Shown here one piece after another: positions 1 through 13,295 of a DNA stretch of 64,000 nt. The notes below the pieces were generated by a model. The model was not told the DNA's origin and did not search any database. It worked only from the letters and a program-made list of their open reading frames with translations. Source of the DNA: Pseudovirgaria hyperparasitica (lineage: Eukaryota); NCBI GenBank assembly GCA_010093815.1, contig ML996568.1; one strand, written 5' to 3'. Numbering within the stretch: the first letter of the stretch is position 1; each line of letters starts with the position of its first letter. The position numbers and the translations under genes are program-made.

Positions 1-2406
1 GCCTTAAGAAAACTAAGGCCCTACGGGAGGCTATATTCCCTCTCCCGGAACTAGTAGACCTATTAGACGTTCACGGCGCCGAATATCTATACGCGGTAGA
101 CATCCCCGAAGAAGTTACGGAGGAGGATATACTTAATATTATTAAGATACTTCTAAATGATAAAGTACTCGGACTAGATGGAATTCTAAATCGATACCTA
201 AAAAGTACTATAAAAGCGACCCTACTACTTATTACTCATATATTCCAAGCATACGTCACGTAGGGGTACTACCCCTAGAGCTTCCGAGTTACCTATACTA
301 TTATACTCCCGAAACTAGGAAAGAGCTCTAACTCCCTAAAGGGATAGAGACTAATCGCCCTTCTCTTCTACCTAGACAAGATACTAGAGGCTACGGTAGC
401 AAAGAAGATGAGTACCGCGGTATAGGAATATAATCTCCTCCCTCCGAACTAGAAGGCAAAGGTAGATAGCTCCCTAATAATAGCTATCTAATATATTATT
501 AAAGTCATCCAGGCCGTATAGAAACAGGGATAGGTAGTATCGCTCCTCTCCCTCGATATGGCCGGAGCGTTTAATAAGATAAACCATATAAGACTTATTT
601 ATAACCTCCGGATAAGACGAATACTAGAATAGATTACACGCTTTATATAGTTATTCCTTATAGGAAGAACAACTTAGATATATATCTCTAGGTACTAGAG
701 CGAATATAAAGAGACGGCATGCGGCATCCCATAAGGGAGTACCATCTCTCCGATTCTATTCCTCTTCTTTATAGTAGACCTTCTTTAAGGAATAAAGTAT
801 ATAGAGGTAGTCGGATACGCCGATAATATATACCTCCTAGCTATTAATAATAATACTAACCGAACGTATAGACGACTAGAATAGAACCACGAGAGGTGCC
901 TCTAGTAGGTAAAACGCCATAGAGTAAAGTTCGCCCTAGAGAAATACTAGCTTATACACTTCATTAACCGTTAAGGGAAATAGGTAACTAGGGAAGGCGA
1001 ACGACGCCCCCGAATCGACGTATTTAACGAACTACTAGTATAAAGCATGCGCGCGCTCGGAGTCATACTAGATAGCAAGCTTAAATGGGGACCATAAGTA
1101 GTATACGCCGTCTCTAGGGCCCTCTAGATAGAAGCCGCTATATAACGGATTATAGCCTCTACGTGGGGAACCGCCCGGGATAAGGCATGCTAGCTATATA
1201 TATCTATAGCACGACCCGCCTTCACGTACGGACACGAGTACTAGTATACGGCCCTTATATAGACTAGGCAAATAAAGCTCGAATCTATATAGAACCGTAT
1301 ACTCCGTCTTATATTAGGCGTATATAAAGCTACTAATATGGTACTACTACGACGCGAGATAGACGTCATAAGTATATATAACTTCTACTAGATATAGAGG
1401 GTAGTATACTTTACTAAATAATAAGTATAGGAACGTATAGAAAACGTAGAATATACTTTCGCCGCGCTACATGCACGAATTAGTATATATTACCACGTAC
1501 TCCTATATATAGGCCGGAATCGAATACGGTATAGGTGCTTAATAGAAGCTAACTCTAGCTAAGTAGTATAAGAAGTCCGAGATAACCCGGACGCTCTCCT
1601 AGACTAGTAGAGCCTTTAAGAACTCGTGAAAAATATATAGTCGTGGACTTAAGATAAGTAGAAAGAGGCACTCCGTGCCTACTAGACCTTCTAGTAGAAT
1701 AGATATCTAGAGTAGATTCGAGGGCCATAGAAGGAACTAGGTAAATAGATATATAAAGGGCTAACGAAAGCCTAAGTATCTATACTTATCTTAGCCCGAA
1801 CGGGCGCTATAGAACTCCTATACTACATCTATAAGAGAGGCGTTCCCAACACCTCCCTATAGTATAAGGCGTACGGCCGGAGAGGTATAATACGCCACTA
1901 TCTAGCTATATACCCTAACCTCTATATATAATGGTAATGGCTTATCCACGTTACGAAGACTTTAGATATCGTATAATAGCTTAATAAGTACTCTAAGGAC
2001 GTCTCCCGATAGATACTTATATATCTACTACTCCTCTAGTACTAGTAGACCCGGAAATATATACCGGAAGAGACCCGGTATACGCCGGTAGTAACCCGAT
2101 ATATACCGGAAGAACCCCGGGAGAACCCCGATTATTAGTTAAGGGCAGCCCTTAACTAATAACCTCTATATCTATACGTGCTATCTAAGGGCGAAATAAT
2201 AGTAATATAGGCTATAGGCTAATAGGCGTACCCTATAGCTATATACTTAAGACGAAATAGAGGTTTAACGAGATGTAGTTATAGATATAAGGAAGTTTTT
2301 CCCTATAGGGTTTCTTCTTATATAGTGGCTTAGACTAGAGGAGGCATAGGCCTATAGAGTACTACTCTACCTAGTTATATAATATTATTATTATTATTAT
2401 TATTAT
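1..2406 (+). mobile_element. RIP-degraded Tad-clade LINE (non-LTR retrotransposon): ORF2 RT and C-terminal zinc finger, cut by the window start
   Basis: De-RIPed motifs: PNDKAPGPDGIPN (~150-190), SLLSLDMAGAFD (~540-575), GIPQGSTISPILF (~723-765), GYADD (~812-826), and GLTKAQAS-LILARTGAIGL..C-x2-C..TIRHYL..CP (~1755-1915). No RNase H recognised. (TAT)8 at 2383-2406 may be the 3' tail, so the 3' boundary is uncertain. Confidence 0.85.
2132..2162. repeat. Perfect palindrome, 14-bp arms and 3-bp spacer (copy 1)
   Basis: TTATTAGTTAAGGG-CAG-CCCTTAACTAATAA. Confidence 0.95.
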
Positions 2407-2506
2407 ATAGTTACCCTTAGTAATGTCGCTATATAGCCTTTTCTATTATACCGGTAGGGGTATATCCGGTATATGCCGGGGTATATCGGTGCCTAAGGCC
2501 GCTATA

Positions 2507-2539
2507 TTTATTAGTTAAGGGCTACCCTTAACTAATAAA
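2507..2539. repeat. Perfect palindrome, 15-bp arms and 3-bp spacer (copy 2)
   Basis: TTTATTAGTTAAGGG-CTA-CCCTTAACTAATAAA; the spacer CTA is consistent with RIPed CTG, i.e. copy 1 inverted. Confidence 0.95.
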
Positions 2540-3722
2540 AGGGGGTCGGCGTATCGGCGTTCTAGTAGCGTGGTCCGTGCCTCTATCTCCGTGAGGATTT
2601 TAAGAGGGTATATATATATCTTTATACGGCGATAACGTCTTAGTTTCGACGCTATACGTACGTGCGTGTGGTAGTAGTTAGTATACTTAGTATACTCTAT
2701 CGATTGAGGTGTGTATCTCGCTATATCACCCCGAATGAACCAAGTTAGCCTCTTAGAGATGTAAAAGAAGTTTTACTACTATTCTATAATAACGATTACT
2801 ACTACTAGAGTAATAATTGAATCTACTATATCGGGAAGTAGTTCCTAGATAGATAGCTATCTATCTAGTACTAGAGAAATAGGTATAAAAGAACTACTAA
2901 TATAGGAATTAAACCGTCTTCTATAAATAACCTATAATAGATTTAATAGATAGATTCTTTTAATAGAAGGTGTACGCGCTATAATCTAATAATAGACGTT
3001 AAATCTAGTTACTAAGGCCTATATTAGGTAGTATTATATATAATAATAATTATTATTATAAGTTAATAGTAATTACTACTATAATAACTAGATATATAAG
3101 AGTAGCTTTATTAATAGTTTTCTAGAACGCTAGTAGGAATAGACTAGATAATACTTACTTATAAGTAGTCTATAGCTAGAGTAGACTCTAGTAATAAACG
3201 GGCGGAGGGAGGGAATAATATTAAGGGTAGACTCTAGGTATACTTAACGCTAGCGTACTATACCCGTACTACTACTCTCTCCTTTACTTAATAAAGCTAA
3301 GTAAACTCCTTTTTAATAGTATACTCCGTTCTATATCTTAAGGAAGCTAAGTAGACTCTAGCTTCCTCCCTTATTAAACTTACTATATCTTATAAATACT
3401 CTTATATCTATGTATACGTTATATTTCTATAATAATAGTCTATCCCTATACTAGTACTACGTATATCTATATTAGATATATAGCTATCTAAATAGACGTG
3501 CTAGTGAAGATATTACCTATCGCGTTTAGATTACGTAAGATATTCTACTATACTATATTAGTAATAGTAGTAAGTACTACCTCTTCTAGTATAACTTTAG
3601 TAGCTATAATATTTAACTATATTCTCTTCTATTTATTTATCTTATTTATAATTTCCTTTAGAGATACTTATTAGATCTATATAAGGGTATCCTTATTCTA
3701 GATTATAATATATATACTATAT

Positions 3723-4251
3723 TATAATAAACCTTTTCTACTAAGGATACAGCTTATCCCTAAAGTAGTCCGTTATATAGAGTATTCTAACTTTTCTAAA
3801 GGTAAAGGTACTTAGAAGGCTTAGAGAAGTATAAGTAGATTTATAGTAAGTATTAATAGGGTATAAATGGTAACTAGCTAGTAGGCGAGTAAAGTAGTAA
3901 TTATATTAGTATAAGTTTAAATTAATTACTATAGAACCATCTCTAGAGATCGGGTCTAAAGAGTCTATATAGTTCTACTAAGGTCCGCTAATTAGAATAC
4001 TTATTCTAAGCGTTTAGTACGTTACTTAGAATACTAATATTCTATTTCTAATTATCTAGTAGGCTACTTAGAATATCTATTCTAAGTATCTATAATTAGC
4101 TCTCCCTATAGATATCTACCTTAGCCTTAGATTATTATCTAAGGCTACCTATTAAATTATAGGCCTCTCTTCTATATATTATACTATCTCTTATACTACT
4201 CGTGCTAGAGTCTATATATCTTTCTATAGCTCTAGCTAGTAATTTATTATA
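3723..4251 (-). repeat. 3' LTR of Gypsy A (529 bp)
   Basis: Co-linear with 10232-10760; differences are mostly C/T and G/A transitions; TG..CA ends RIPed to TA..TA. Confidence 0.95.
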
Positions 4252-4360
4252 TAATACCTCTCCTAAGGTACTTCGTCCCAAAGTACTTCTATAGCTACTT
4301 ATAAGTAGAGGGTTATCCTAACTTCCTTCGGTAAGGAGCCCTTCTTTCTTTTCTTTTATT

Positions 4361-5003
4361 ATATCTAGAGTTATAAAATTAGTTAAGCCTTCTAAGTCTA
4401 ATCCGGCGAAATAGAGAGTTACTTTATCTATCTTAATTAATTATAAGGGTAATAAGATACCTTTCTCTTACTTATTTTATAAGAAGTACGGCTTAATCTA
4501 TAGGGCGGTATTTATAAAGTCCAATAAGTATTTAGAGTATATTTATTAAGGTTATTTAGTAAGTAAGTACGGGATTAAGACTTTAAGTAAATTATCTTAT
4601 AAGTTTTCTTTCTTTTCGTTAGAGCTAGTAAGTAATATTTCTAGATAAGAAGGTTTATATTAAAAAGGCTTATCTTAAGCTAGAGAAAGAATATATAGCC
4701 GCTACTTAGTAAAAAGCTTAGTAGAACGCTTAGACCGCCTTTACGCGTCTAGAGCGTTTAGAGAAATAGTAGAAGCTATTAGAGTATTATTAAAATAATA
4801 TACTTTATTAGAATCTATTAGTAATAGACCTTAAGGAGAAGAAGAAGTAACTTAAATAATAACGGAGAGTTACTATTAAGGAGGTTCTAAATTCTCCCTT
4901 AGGTTTTAATAATTCTTAGCTTAGTATAGAGAACTAGATAAGTCTAGGTTTATTTAATAGAACTTCTATAATAGTTACTAGTAGTTCGTTAAATATTCTC
5001 TAG
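4361..5003 (+). pseudogene. RIPed antisense accessory ORF of Gypsy A (6-Cys cluster plus coiled coil)
   Basis: De-RIPed: M-SGVVKSVKPSKSNPAK..MPFS-C-SF-C-EKHGLI-C-RAVFVKSNK-C-SE-C-VHQGHSVSK-C-G. Probable intron ~4587-4644, then AYLELEKEYMAAAQQKAQQNAQTAFARLERLEKQQKLLE..; stop TAG at 5001-5003. Confidence 0.7.
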
Positions 5004-8000
5004 GTTTCTAAGTATTTAATTTATATCTATAGCCCTTCTACTTAATTAGATATTCTAATATTTTATTACTAATTCTAGATTCTAGAATCTTTTTAACTTC
5101 GAATTCTTTATCTATAGCTTTAATATTAGTTTTAACTTTTATATCGTGTAGTACTAGTTCTAGTAATAAGATATAAAATACTAGGTATATTCTAATATTC
5201 TAAGGTAAAGATAGTTTATAATTAACTTCTAAAATTTTTTATTTTATTTAGAAAGGTTCGATCTTCTTAAAGTCTAGTTTACTATTTAGTTATTATATCT
5301 TAATACTTTTCTATATAAGAAATACTAGGTCTCCCCCCCTTAGAGATAGTCCCTTTATTCTCTTTTAATTTATATATCTTATTATTCTTTCATTTATAAA
5401 GGAAAGTTTAGTTTATAGCTCTAAGTATAGTTTATATAGTTATTCTATCTTAATCTTCGCTTTCGGTATAGACTATTCTAGTTTATAATTATAGCTAGCT
5501 ATAGGGTTAAATCTATAGTTCGCATAGAATAGTAAGGTTCTAGTTATCGAGGTTATCGCGCTATTATAGGCGAATTAAGCTAGTAGTAGTAGTTCTATCT
5601 AATTATCTTATTATTCGTTAATATAGTATTATAGGTATTATTCTAGTATTCTATTTAGAATCTCTATTTATCCGTCTATCTATAGATAATAGACTATTAA
5701 TAGTTAGTAGCTCGTTCTAAGCTATCGTACTAGGCTTTTCTAAAAGTTTAATATAAAGAGCTTATCTCTATTAGATATAATACTATTAGATAATCTATAG
5801 TTCGCTATTACTACTTATAGGAATATATAGACTATTTCTTCTATATCTATATTCTTTTAATAGGGTATAAAGTAGGCGTACTTTATAAGTTTATTAACTA
5901 CTACTAGTATAGTATTATACTATACTTATAAGACTAGTTCTCTTAAGAGTAGTAGATCTATTATAAAATCTATAGAGATTATTTTCTAAGCACGTAATAG
6001 TAGGGGAATTAGTTAGAGTTCTCCGTATAGTTTATATCTATTAGATTAGCTTTTATTATATAGAATATAGTTCTATATAACTTCCTTAATAACTTATCTT
6101 TTCTTATAAGTTATATAGTATCTCTTAAATCTCTTATAAGTTTTTATTTCTCCTTAGTATCTATATATTAGATCTTTATAGAATTCTTTAATAAAATAGT
6201 AGGCCTCGTCTCTAGGGATTATACTTCTTCCCTTAGGGTCCTTAAATATAAATTCTTTTTATATTACTATAATATATTACGTTAGTCTAAGGTTTCTATC
6301 TTTAGTAACCTCTAATATAGCCTATTCTATAGTAGGTTCTTTTTACTCGTATTCCGCTTATTAACTAAGAGTATTAGCTCTTCCGTTTTTAGATCCTTTA
6401 TAGTATATAATTTAGATATTAAATTCTATAAGAAGCTCGTGCTAACTAATTTATTTCTTTTAGAGTTCCTTTATTATAGTAAAGGTAGTTAGGTTCTTAT
6501 AGTTAGTATATATCTTTATTATATAGCCTAATCTATAGAGGTAGCTTCTCTATTCCTTAAGGTATTTAATAATAGTATAGAGTTCTTTTTTATAGATTAG
6601 CTAGTTTATTTCTAATCCTTAGAATTTTCGGAAGTAAAATACTATAGAGTATCTTTTCTCTTATTTATCTATCTAGGTTAACTACTCTCTAATAGCGAAT
6701 TCTAATACGTCTATCTCGACTTCGTAGAGTTTTCCTATTTAGTATATCTTTAATATAGATTTAGTTATAATAGACTCTTTTAACTATTAAAATACTTATT
6801 CTTACTTTAGTCCCTATTTAAATATTATATTTTTCTTTATAAGCTTATATAGTAGGGCCGTTTTTATAGAATAGTTATATATAAATTTTCTATAAAAGTT
6901 CGTGAATCCGGTAAATCCTTAGATTTCCTTAACTATCTTAGGTTACTTCTAGTTTTTAATAGCCTTAATTTTCTTTAGATCTATTTATATTTCTCTAGGT
7001 ATAATCTTAAATTCTAAAAATATAACTTTCTATATATAGAAGATACTCTTCTTTAATTCTACTAGTAGATTCGCTATTTATAATTTCTAAAGTACCTTAT
7101 ATATATATTTCCTATACTCTAATAGATTCTTTAAATAAATTAATATATTATCTAGGTAGACTATTATAAAGTAGTTAAGGTATTCTCTTAGTATATTATT
7201 AATTAGTACTTAAAATATAGCTAGTATATTAGTTAGTCTAAATAGTATTACTAGGTATTTATAGTAGCTATATCGAGTCTAAAAGGCTGTTTTCTATTTA
7301 TCTTCTTCTATTATATATACGAGGTTATAGGCTTCTTATAAGTCTATTATAGTAAAGTACTAAGCTTCTATAAGTTAGTTCTATAATTTATTAATTTAGG
7401 GTAAAGAGTATCTATTTTCAATAGTAATATTATTTAAGTATTAATAGTCTATATAGAGTTATTCGCTTCCGTCTTTCTTTAGTATAAAAAGTATTAGATA
7501 TTCTATAGGTAATTTAGAGGGTTAGATATATCCCTTTACTTCTATTTTCTTAATATATTATTACGTTATTTCTAGTTATTTTTTAGTAAGTTGATATATA
7601 CTTTTAAACGTAGATACTATTCCTAGTTAGAGTATTATTATATAACTATATAGGCTATACTTTAGTAGTCCCGTCTTAAGTTCTTCTTTAAAGATAATAT
7701 AATATTAGTAGTATTTCTTTAGTATAAGTATATTATTTATTTTTCGAATCTATTTATCCGTGGGCGTGCCTTATTATACTACGTGTTTCTTATATAAGGG
7801 TCCGCTCTCTATGTTACCTTACTTATTATTAAGCTTCTAAATATAGTAGATAGACTTCCCGGTCGTTAGCGCCTTTATAGATTTATTAATCTCTACTTCT
7901 TCTTTAATAGTTTCTAAGGGTCTTAATATTCCCTAGAGTATAATTTCTTTAGTTTTCTAGTTAATTATAGGGTTAACTTCTTTAAGCTATAGTATTTCTA

Positions 8001-10231
8001 GAATTAAGTCGTATTATTCTAGCTCCGCTATATCTAGTTATAATTATTAGTATTCTACTATTAAGACTAAATCTAGAGGTTCTATTTCTAAGTGTACTAT
8101 CCCGTTAGTATATTCTATATTAAGTCCTTTAAACGTAGATAATTTATATAGCTCTTCTTTACTACTATAGGGTATTTTTAGTTTATCTACTATAGTTAGA
8201 GAGATAAAGTTAGACTATACTCCGCTATTAATTAGTACTTTAATAGAGTATTTTTAATAGAGCTAAATTTTAAGAGATATTTATATTTTATTATCTAAGC
8301 TACTAATAGATATAAGAGAGTTTCTTTTTAGCTCGGCCGTTTCTCTTAGTATATCTAGTCTTTCTAGTTTTTTCGTAGCTTACTAAGTTCCCGTTCTATT
8401 TCCTATATAAGTTATATTATAGATTAAACTTATTTCTTAATTTCACTTAAGTCTACTTAAAGGTTATACTATATAATAGCCTTAGATATTAGGTAAGTTC
8501 GGTACGTAACATCTAGATATTAGGTATATTAGTTCTCTAGGTAATTCTTATTTTCTATCTATTTTAATATAAAGTAATTTTTATTAGCTTCCTTAGTAAT
8601 TATCTTATACTATTATATATCTTTATCTCTAAAGGCTTTTAGAATTATTTAATTCTAATACTATTATAGAAACTATTTCTAGATTCGCTTCTTATAAAGA
8701 TAGCGAAGATAGTTATTATAGAGATAGATAATCTAAGAGGTCTTATTATATTTCTCGTGGTAGAGTAAGATAAGTTAGTTATCTTCCGGTTAAATCTCTA
8801 TCTCTCTTAAAGATAGATCTCTATTATTCTTACTTATATATTTTCTACAATAGTAGATAATATAGTAAGTAGTAGGGTCTTAGTCTATTATTAACTTATT
8901 ATATAGTTCTTCTATAGTAAGGGTTTCTTCCTTACTATCTTTCTTAGTAGTACTTCCTTTAATTATTACTTCTTCGGGTATCGTTTCTTTAGTTAGTTTA
9001 GATCTTCTTATCGTATCTAAGTATTTCTATAGTTCTATTTTTTCGTGAAATAATAGGGGTTATTTACTAGCTATTAAAATATTTCTTTTCTTTAGATACT
9101 AATCTATACTATCTTTTTCTAACTTATATATAAAGTAGAGGTTGTTAGTATAACTAGTCTATAATATAGCTACGTAAGATACTTCTTCCTTTTCTATAGT
9201 AAAGTTTTCTTATCTTAATACTAGATTCTTAATCTAGTTTTTCTTATTTTTATTTTTTAGGCATTCGCGGGCGTAGTATCCCTTTTCTTTATAGTAGAGA
9301 TACTTACCTTCCTTCTTTAGTTACTCTCTTTCTTTACTAGATAGACGTTTTATCTATAAGATACTAAGTTCTATTAGTATAGGTCTATTATAGAATCCCT
9401 TATATAGATAGTTTAGGGCTTTATTAATATAACCCTTCCGAGTATCTTATTTAAGTATAGATTAAAAGATCTTTTTCCCTCTTTTCTTATAGTATCTCTT
9501 ATATAGTTAGTTATTAATCTAGACTATAAGCTTAATATACTCTTAGAGATTAGTAGGACGGTGTCTCTCTCTAGAGATTTCGTCCTTAATATTATTATAT
9601 AATCTAGTATAGAACTAGAGGATTAGGGGTTTATTATTCTATTCTAGCTAACTAGAGATTTATTAGAATTTAGAGGCGTAGTTAGACGCGGATTTTATCT
9701 AGACTATTTACTAGATTTATCTCTTAGCTATCCTTTATTTATCTATATCTCTAAAGGTTATTTTAATATATTTCTTAAATTCTTTAAAATGTTTAAAGAT
9801 CTTAGTAGTATTATTCTATTAATTCTACGGATTATTTTCTATAAAGTCCCTTAAGTAGGGTTTAAACTAAGTAAGTACGTCTCTCTTTAGTAGTCCGGTA
9901 GTAAATATAACTTATTCTTCTAGATTCTAAATTTAATAGGTCTAGAGATATATTCTAATCTATATTAGAAATCCTTAGAGTTCGCTTCGCTTACCTTTAA
10001 AAGGTTCTAGGATTTTTCTTTTAAAGCCCTCTTTAGCTTTTCTAAGTTTAATATTTTTTCTTTAGAGCTCCGTAACTTATTTCTCTAATTCTATAATAAG
10101 ATATTTAACTTATTCTATAGTTAGTACTTATAGAGTGGTTTATAAAGATAAGGACTATCTATTATTTACTATTTTACGTTTAAAGAGATAGTATAAATAC
10201 TTACTTTAGAGTCTAAGTAGAGTAATTAAAC

Positions 10232-10760
10232 TATAATAAACCTTTTCTACTAAGGATATAGCTTATCCCTAAAGTAGTCTATTATATAGAGTATTCTAGC
10301 TTTTCTAAAGGTAAAGGTACCTAGAAGGCTTAGAGGAGTATAAGTAGATTTATAGTAAGTATTAATAGAGTATAAATAGTAACTAGCTAGTAGGCGAGTA
10401 AAGTAGTAATTATATTAGTATAAGTTTAAATTAATTACTATAGAACTATCTTTAGAGATTAGGTCTAAAGGGTCTATATAGTTCTACTAAGGTCCGCTAA
10501 TTAGAATACTTATTCTAAGTATTTAGTACGTTACTTAGAATACTAATATTCTATTCCTAATTATCTAGTAGACTACTTAGAATATCTATTCTAAGTACCT
10601 ATAATTAGCTCTCCCTATAGGTGCCTACCTTAGCCTTAGATTATTATCTAAGGCTACCTATTATATTATAGGCCCCACTTCTACGTGTTATACTATCTCT
10701 TACACTACTCGTACTAGAGTCTATATATCTTTCTATGGCTCTAGCTAGTAATTCATTATA
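10232..10760 (-). repeat. 5' LTR of Gypsy A (529 bp)
   Basis: Pairs with 3723-4251. Confidence 0.95.
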
Positions 10761-10980
10761 TATATACCCTATTTATAATTCTAGCGGTTCTTAGGGTAGT
10801 AGCTCTAGATATAGCTATAATCTATATCTATGTATTAGGATACTTACCTTAGAATAGCTCTTTCTAAATCTATTATAAGCTAGTCTCTATTCTATTAAGT
10901 CTATTATCTAGTTCTCTTCATAGTAACTTCTATAGTAATCTTCTCTCTTTCTCTATAAGTTCTCTTAGATTCTAGATAAG

Positions 10981-11218
10981 TGTAAAGAGTAAAGACGTGG
11001 GATAGTAGTCTAATAGTTCATAGAGAGATATAGGAATGTATTTATAGAGTAATCTCACTCTTATACGAGGTTGATTCCTAATGAGTAGGAATCGGTTTAT
11101 ACGGTCTACTTATATAGTGACCTCGCTTAACTTAGCTGACTTAACCTAGCTCTAGCTACTACGTGGCTATATGGATTAGAATAGTCTATATAGGTCCGTT
11201 ATGGTTCCCGTCCTAATA
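10981..11218 (-). repeat. 3' LTR of Gypsy B (238 bp)
   Basis: TGTAAAGAG...GTCCTAATA, matches 19700-19937. Confidence 0.95.
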
Positions 11219-11697
11219 ATATCCTTCTTCTTTTTATGCTTCGCCCCGAAGTACTTAAGTATATATAATCCTAAGTCTCTATAATCTATCGTGTATCTAT
11301 ATATCCGTAACTAAGTTCCTATAACGTTATAACCATCCTTAATATAGGTGAACTCAAGATTCTAGTTCACTTTTACTAGTTCATACACGCGCTTATCCCT
11401 TACTTCATAGCTACTACCTAGAACACATAATCACTACTTTAGTCGAGTATATATTTAGCTTCGCTCGCCTTTGATTTTATTCTCTAGTATATCCACCTCG
11501 CTCTTAAGGTAAGTCGTTAATTTATATACTATCTTCCCTAGTTTAGGTCTAGAAGGGTCTATAGTAGTCTATTCTTATTAGAACCGGTCCAATATAACCT
11601 ATTCGCGTTATTATAGTTACTAATTTAGCTTCGTTAATCGCCGTTAAGGGTAGACAAATATTCCTTCCTTAGATCTCTAGCTAATATATATATATAG

Positions 11698-13010
11698 ATA
11701 TCTAATACTAGTCCTATCTCTAAGCCTACCTTCTCCTCTCGTAAGACTCGCTCTAAAGATATCGCCTCCTCCCCGGCTACGCCAGCTAAGAAGTCTACCT
11801 ATCGCGGTAGTACGAAGGCGCGCTCTAAGTCGGAGAAGAGAGTAGCTAGGGCTACTACTACTACTGCCTCTGCTACTAATATAGCTACTAGTCGCTCTAA
11901 TCTAGGTAATCCTAGTACTAAACTTATAGATAAAGTGGTTATAGGTTCTCCTCTCGCTCTAAAGCGCACGCCGTCTACTCTACCTCCTCTAGAGGATGAA
12001 GAAGATCTCGTTATAGATAATAATCGCGAGCTCTCGCGCTTACCTACGCCGCCGCCTTACCGCTCTTCCTTCCGGTCTAATATAGACCGATTTAGTTACT
12101 CTAGGTTCTTTTAGGACCTTAATATTCGCTCTAAACCCTAGCCTACTAATAATAAGGCCTAGGTCGCCGAGGATACTAAACGTGGTCGTGGTTTACGCCA
12201 TAGAAAAACGGCGAACTACGGTTCGATATACTATAAGTATATTAAGGGCTATACGGCCGGCTCTAAATATCTCTTTCACTCTAACTCTAGTATTAGCTAC
12301 TACTCTACTAACCGCGACGGGCCTATACGCCCTATCTTTACTCTATCTACCCGCTACCGCCGCTATACCGTAACTAGTAAGATTTATCTATAGGTAAGTA
12401 TAATAGGCTATCTTAATCTAGTATAATCTAAAGTGGTCCGCGCTAATATATTCTTAGGTTCCTATACATATATAAGATATATATAATAACCTTCGCGTCC
12501 GTGAGACCCTCGGGGGTCCTTATAGCCGTCTATCTACTATATAGAGGGAGTTTAGGGAGCGCTATAAGCTCTTCCTAGAGGTTATTAAAGTGTAAGTTAT
12601 AAGCACGTTAATTGTTTTTAACACCCGTTGATTTTTCTAGCCGCCGCAAGATCCCTAGCGCCTAGGCTACCTATTCTAGGGAGTCTATCCTAGCTATAGA
12701 GGCCGTAGAGAGGATTCACTCTATCCCCCCCCATCCGTCTCACGCTACTAACAGATCTCATAAGAGGTCTACTATTTCTCCCTCTAAGTCGCCTCATAAG
12801 AGGGTATATATTCCCTTCTAGATTATTCTAGATTATATTAGCTAACTTTAGATCTAGTCGCTACGCTCCGGCGCTTAAGGCTCTTCTCTCTAGGCTCTAA
12901 CGGATTGGGTTATTACTCTAGAGGCTAAGGTCGTCGTCCTCCGCCGCTATATCGTATAGTTAGAGAGAACTATACTAGAGATTAGGACGGATAATAAGAT
13001 AGAGGAGTAG
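11698..13010 (+). pseudogene. RIPed multi-exon antisense accessory gene of Gypsy B
   Basis: Long frame MSDASPVSKPTFSSRKTRSK...C-CK-C..C..SAR-C-RR-C-TVAGKI-C-LQ, then GTAAGT intron 12394-12457 (GCTAAT branch, TAG acceptor) rejoining as VP. Second intron 12592-12640, probable third ~12803-12857; acidic C-terminus ending TAG at 13008-13010. Confidence 0.72.
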
Positions 13011-13295
13011 CTCTATGGTTCTGGCTCTATATGTTATCTCTATGCCTGGCTCTATATATTCTAGATCTACTATAGGTAGTGCGCGCCGGCTCTATTTACC
13101 TAGCTTTTATCCATTTTAGTCCTTTTTAGACCGTTTAGATACCTATCGGCTAGTTTCTAGTAATTTAATTCTTAACTTAACGATATTATGTATGCGCTCG
13201 CTTAGCTTATAACTATTAGTTTCTATATTCTAATTTTCCTTAAGTTACCTAAGTGTAGGCACCATATATAAATTAGTTTATCTCTATAAATTCTA

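Larger units (their letters stand above)
3723..10760 (-). mobile_element. Full-length RIPed Ty3/Gypsy chromovirus A (gag-PR-RT-RH-IN-chromodomain)
   Basis: 529-bp LTRs at 3723-4251 and 10232-10760; 5-bp TSD TATAT (3718-3722 / 10761-10765). Minus-strand de-RIPed motifs: gag knuckle CLHCKEKGHYAREC (~9262-9310), protease ALIDSGA (~8215-8240), RT FVIVYLDDI (~7143-7170), RH ETDAS (~6700-6720), integrase ~5230-6250, chromodomain EYLIKWKGY..NTWEP (~4995-5056). Confidence 0.95.

Noticed and set aside
12182..12373. 63-aa ORF in the track
   Set aside because: Wrong frame; the coding-like frame is the RIP-interrupted one starting at 11698.
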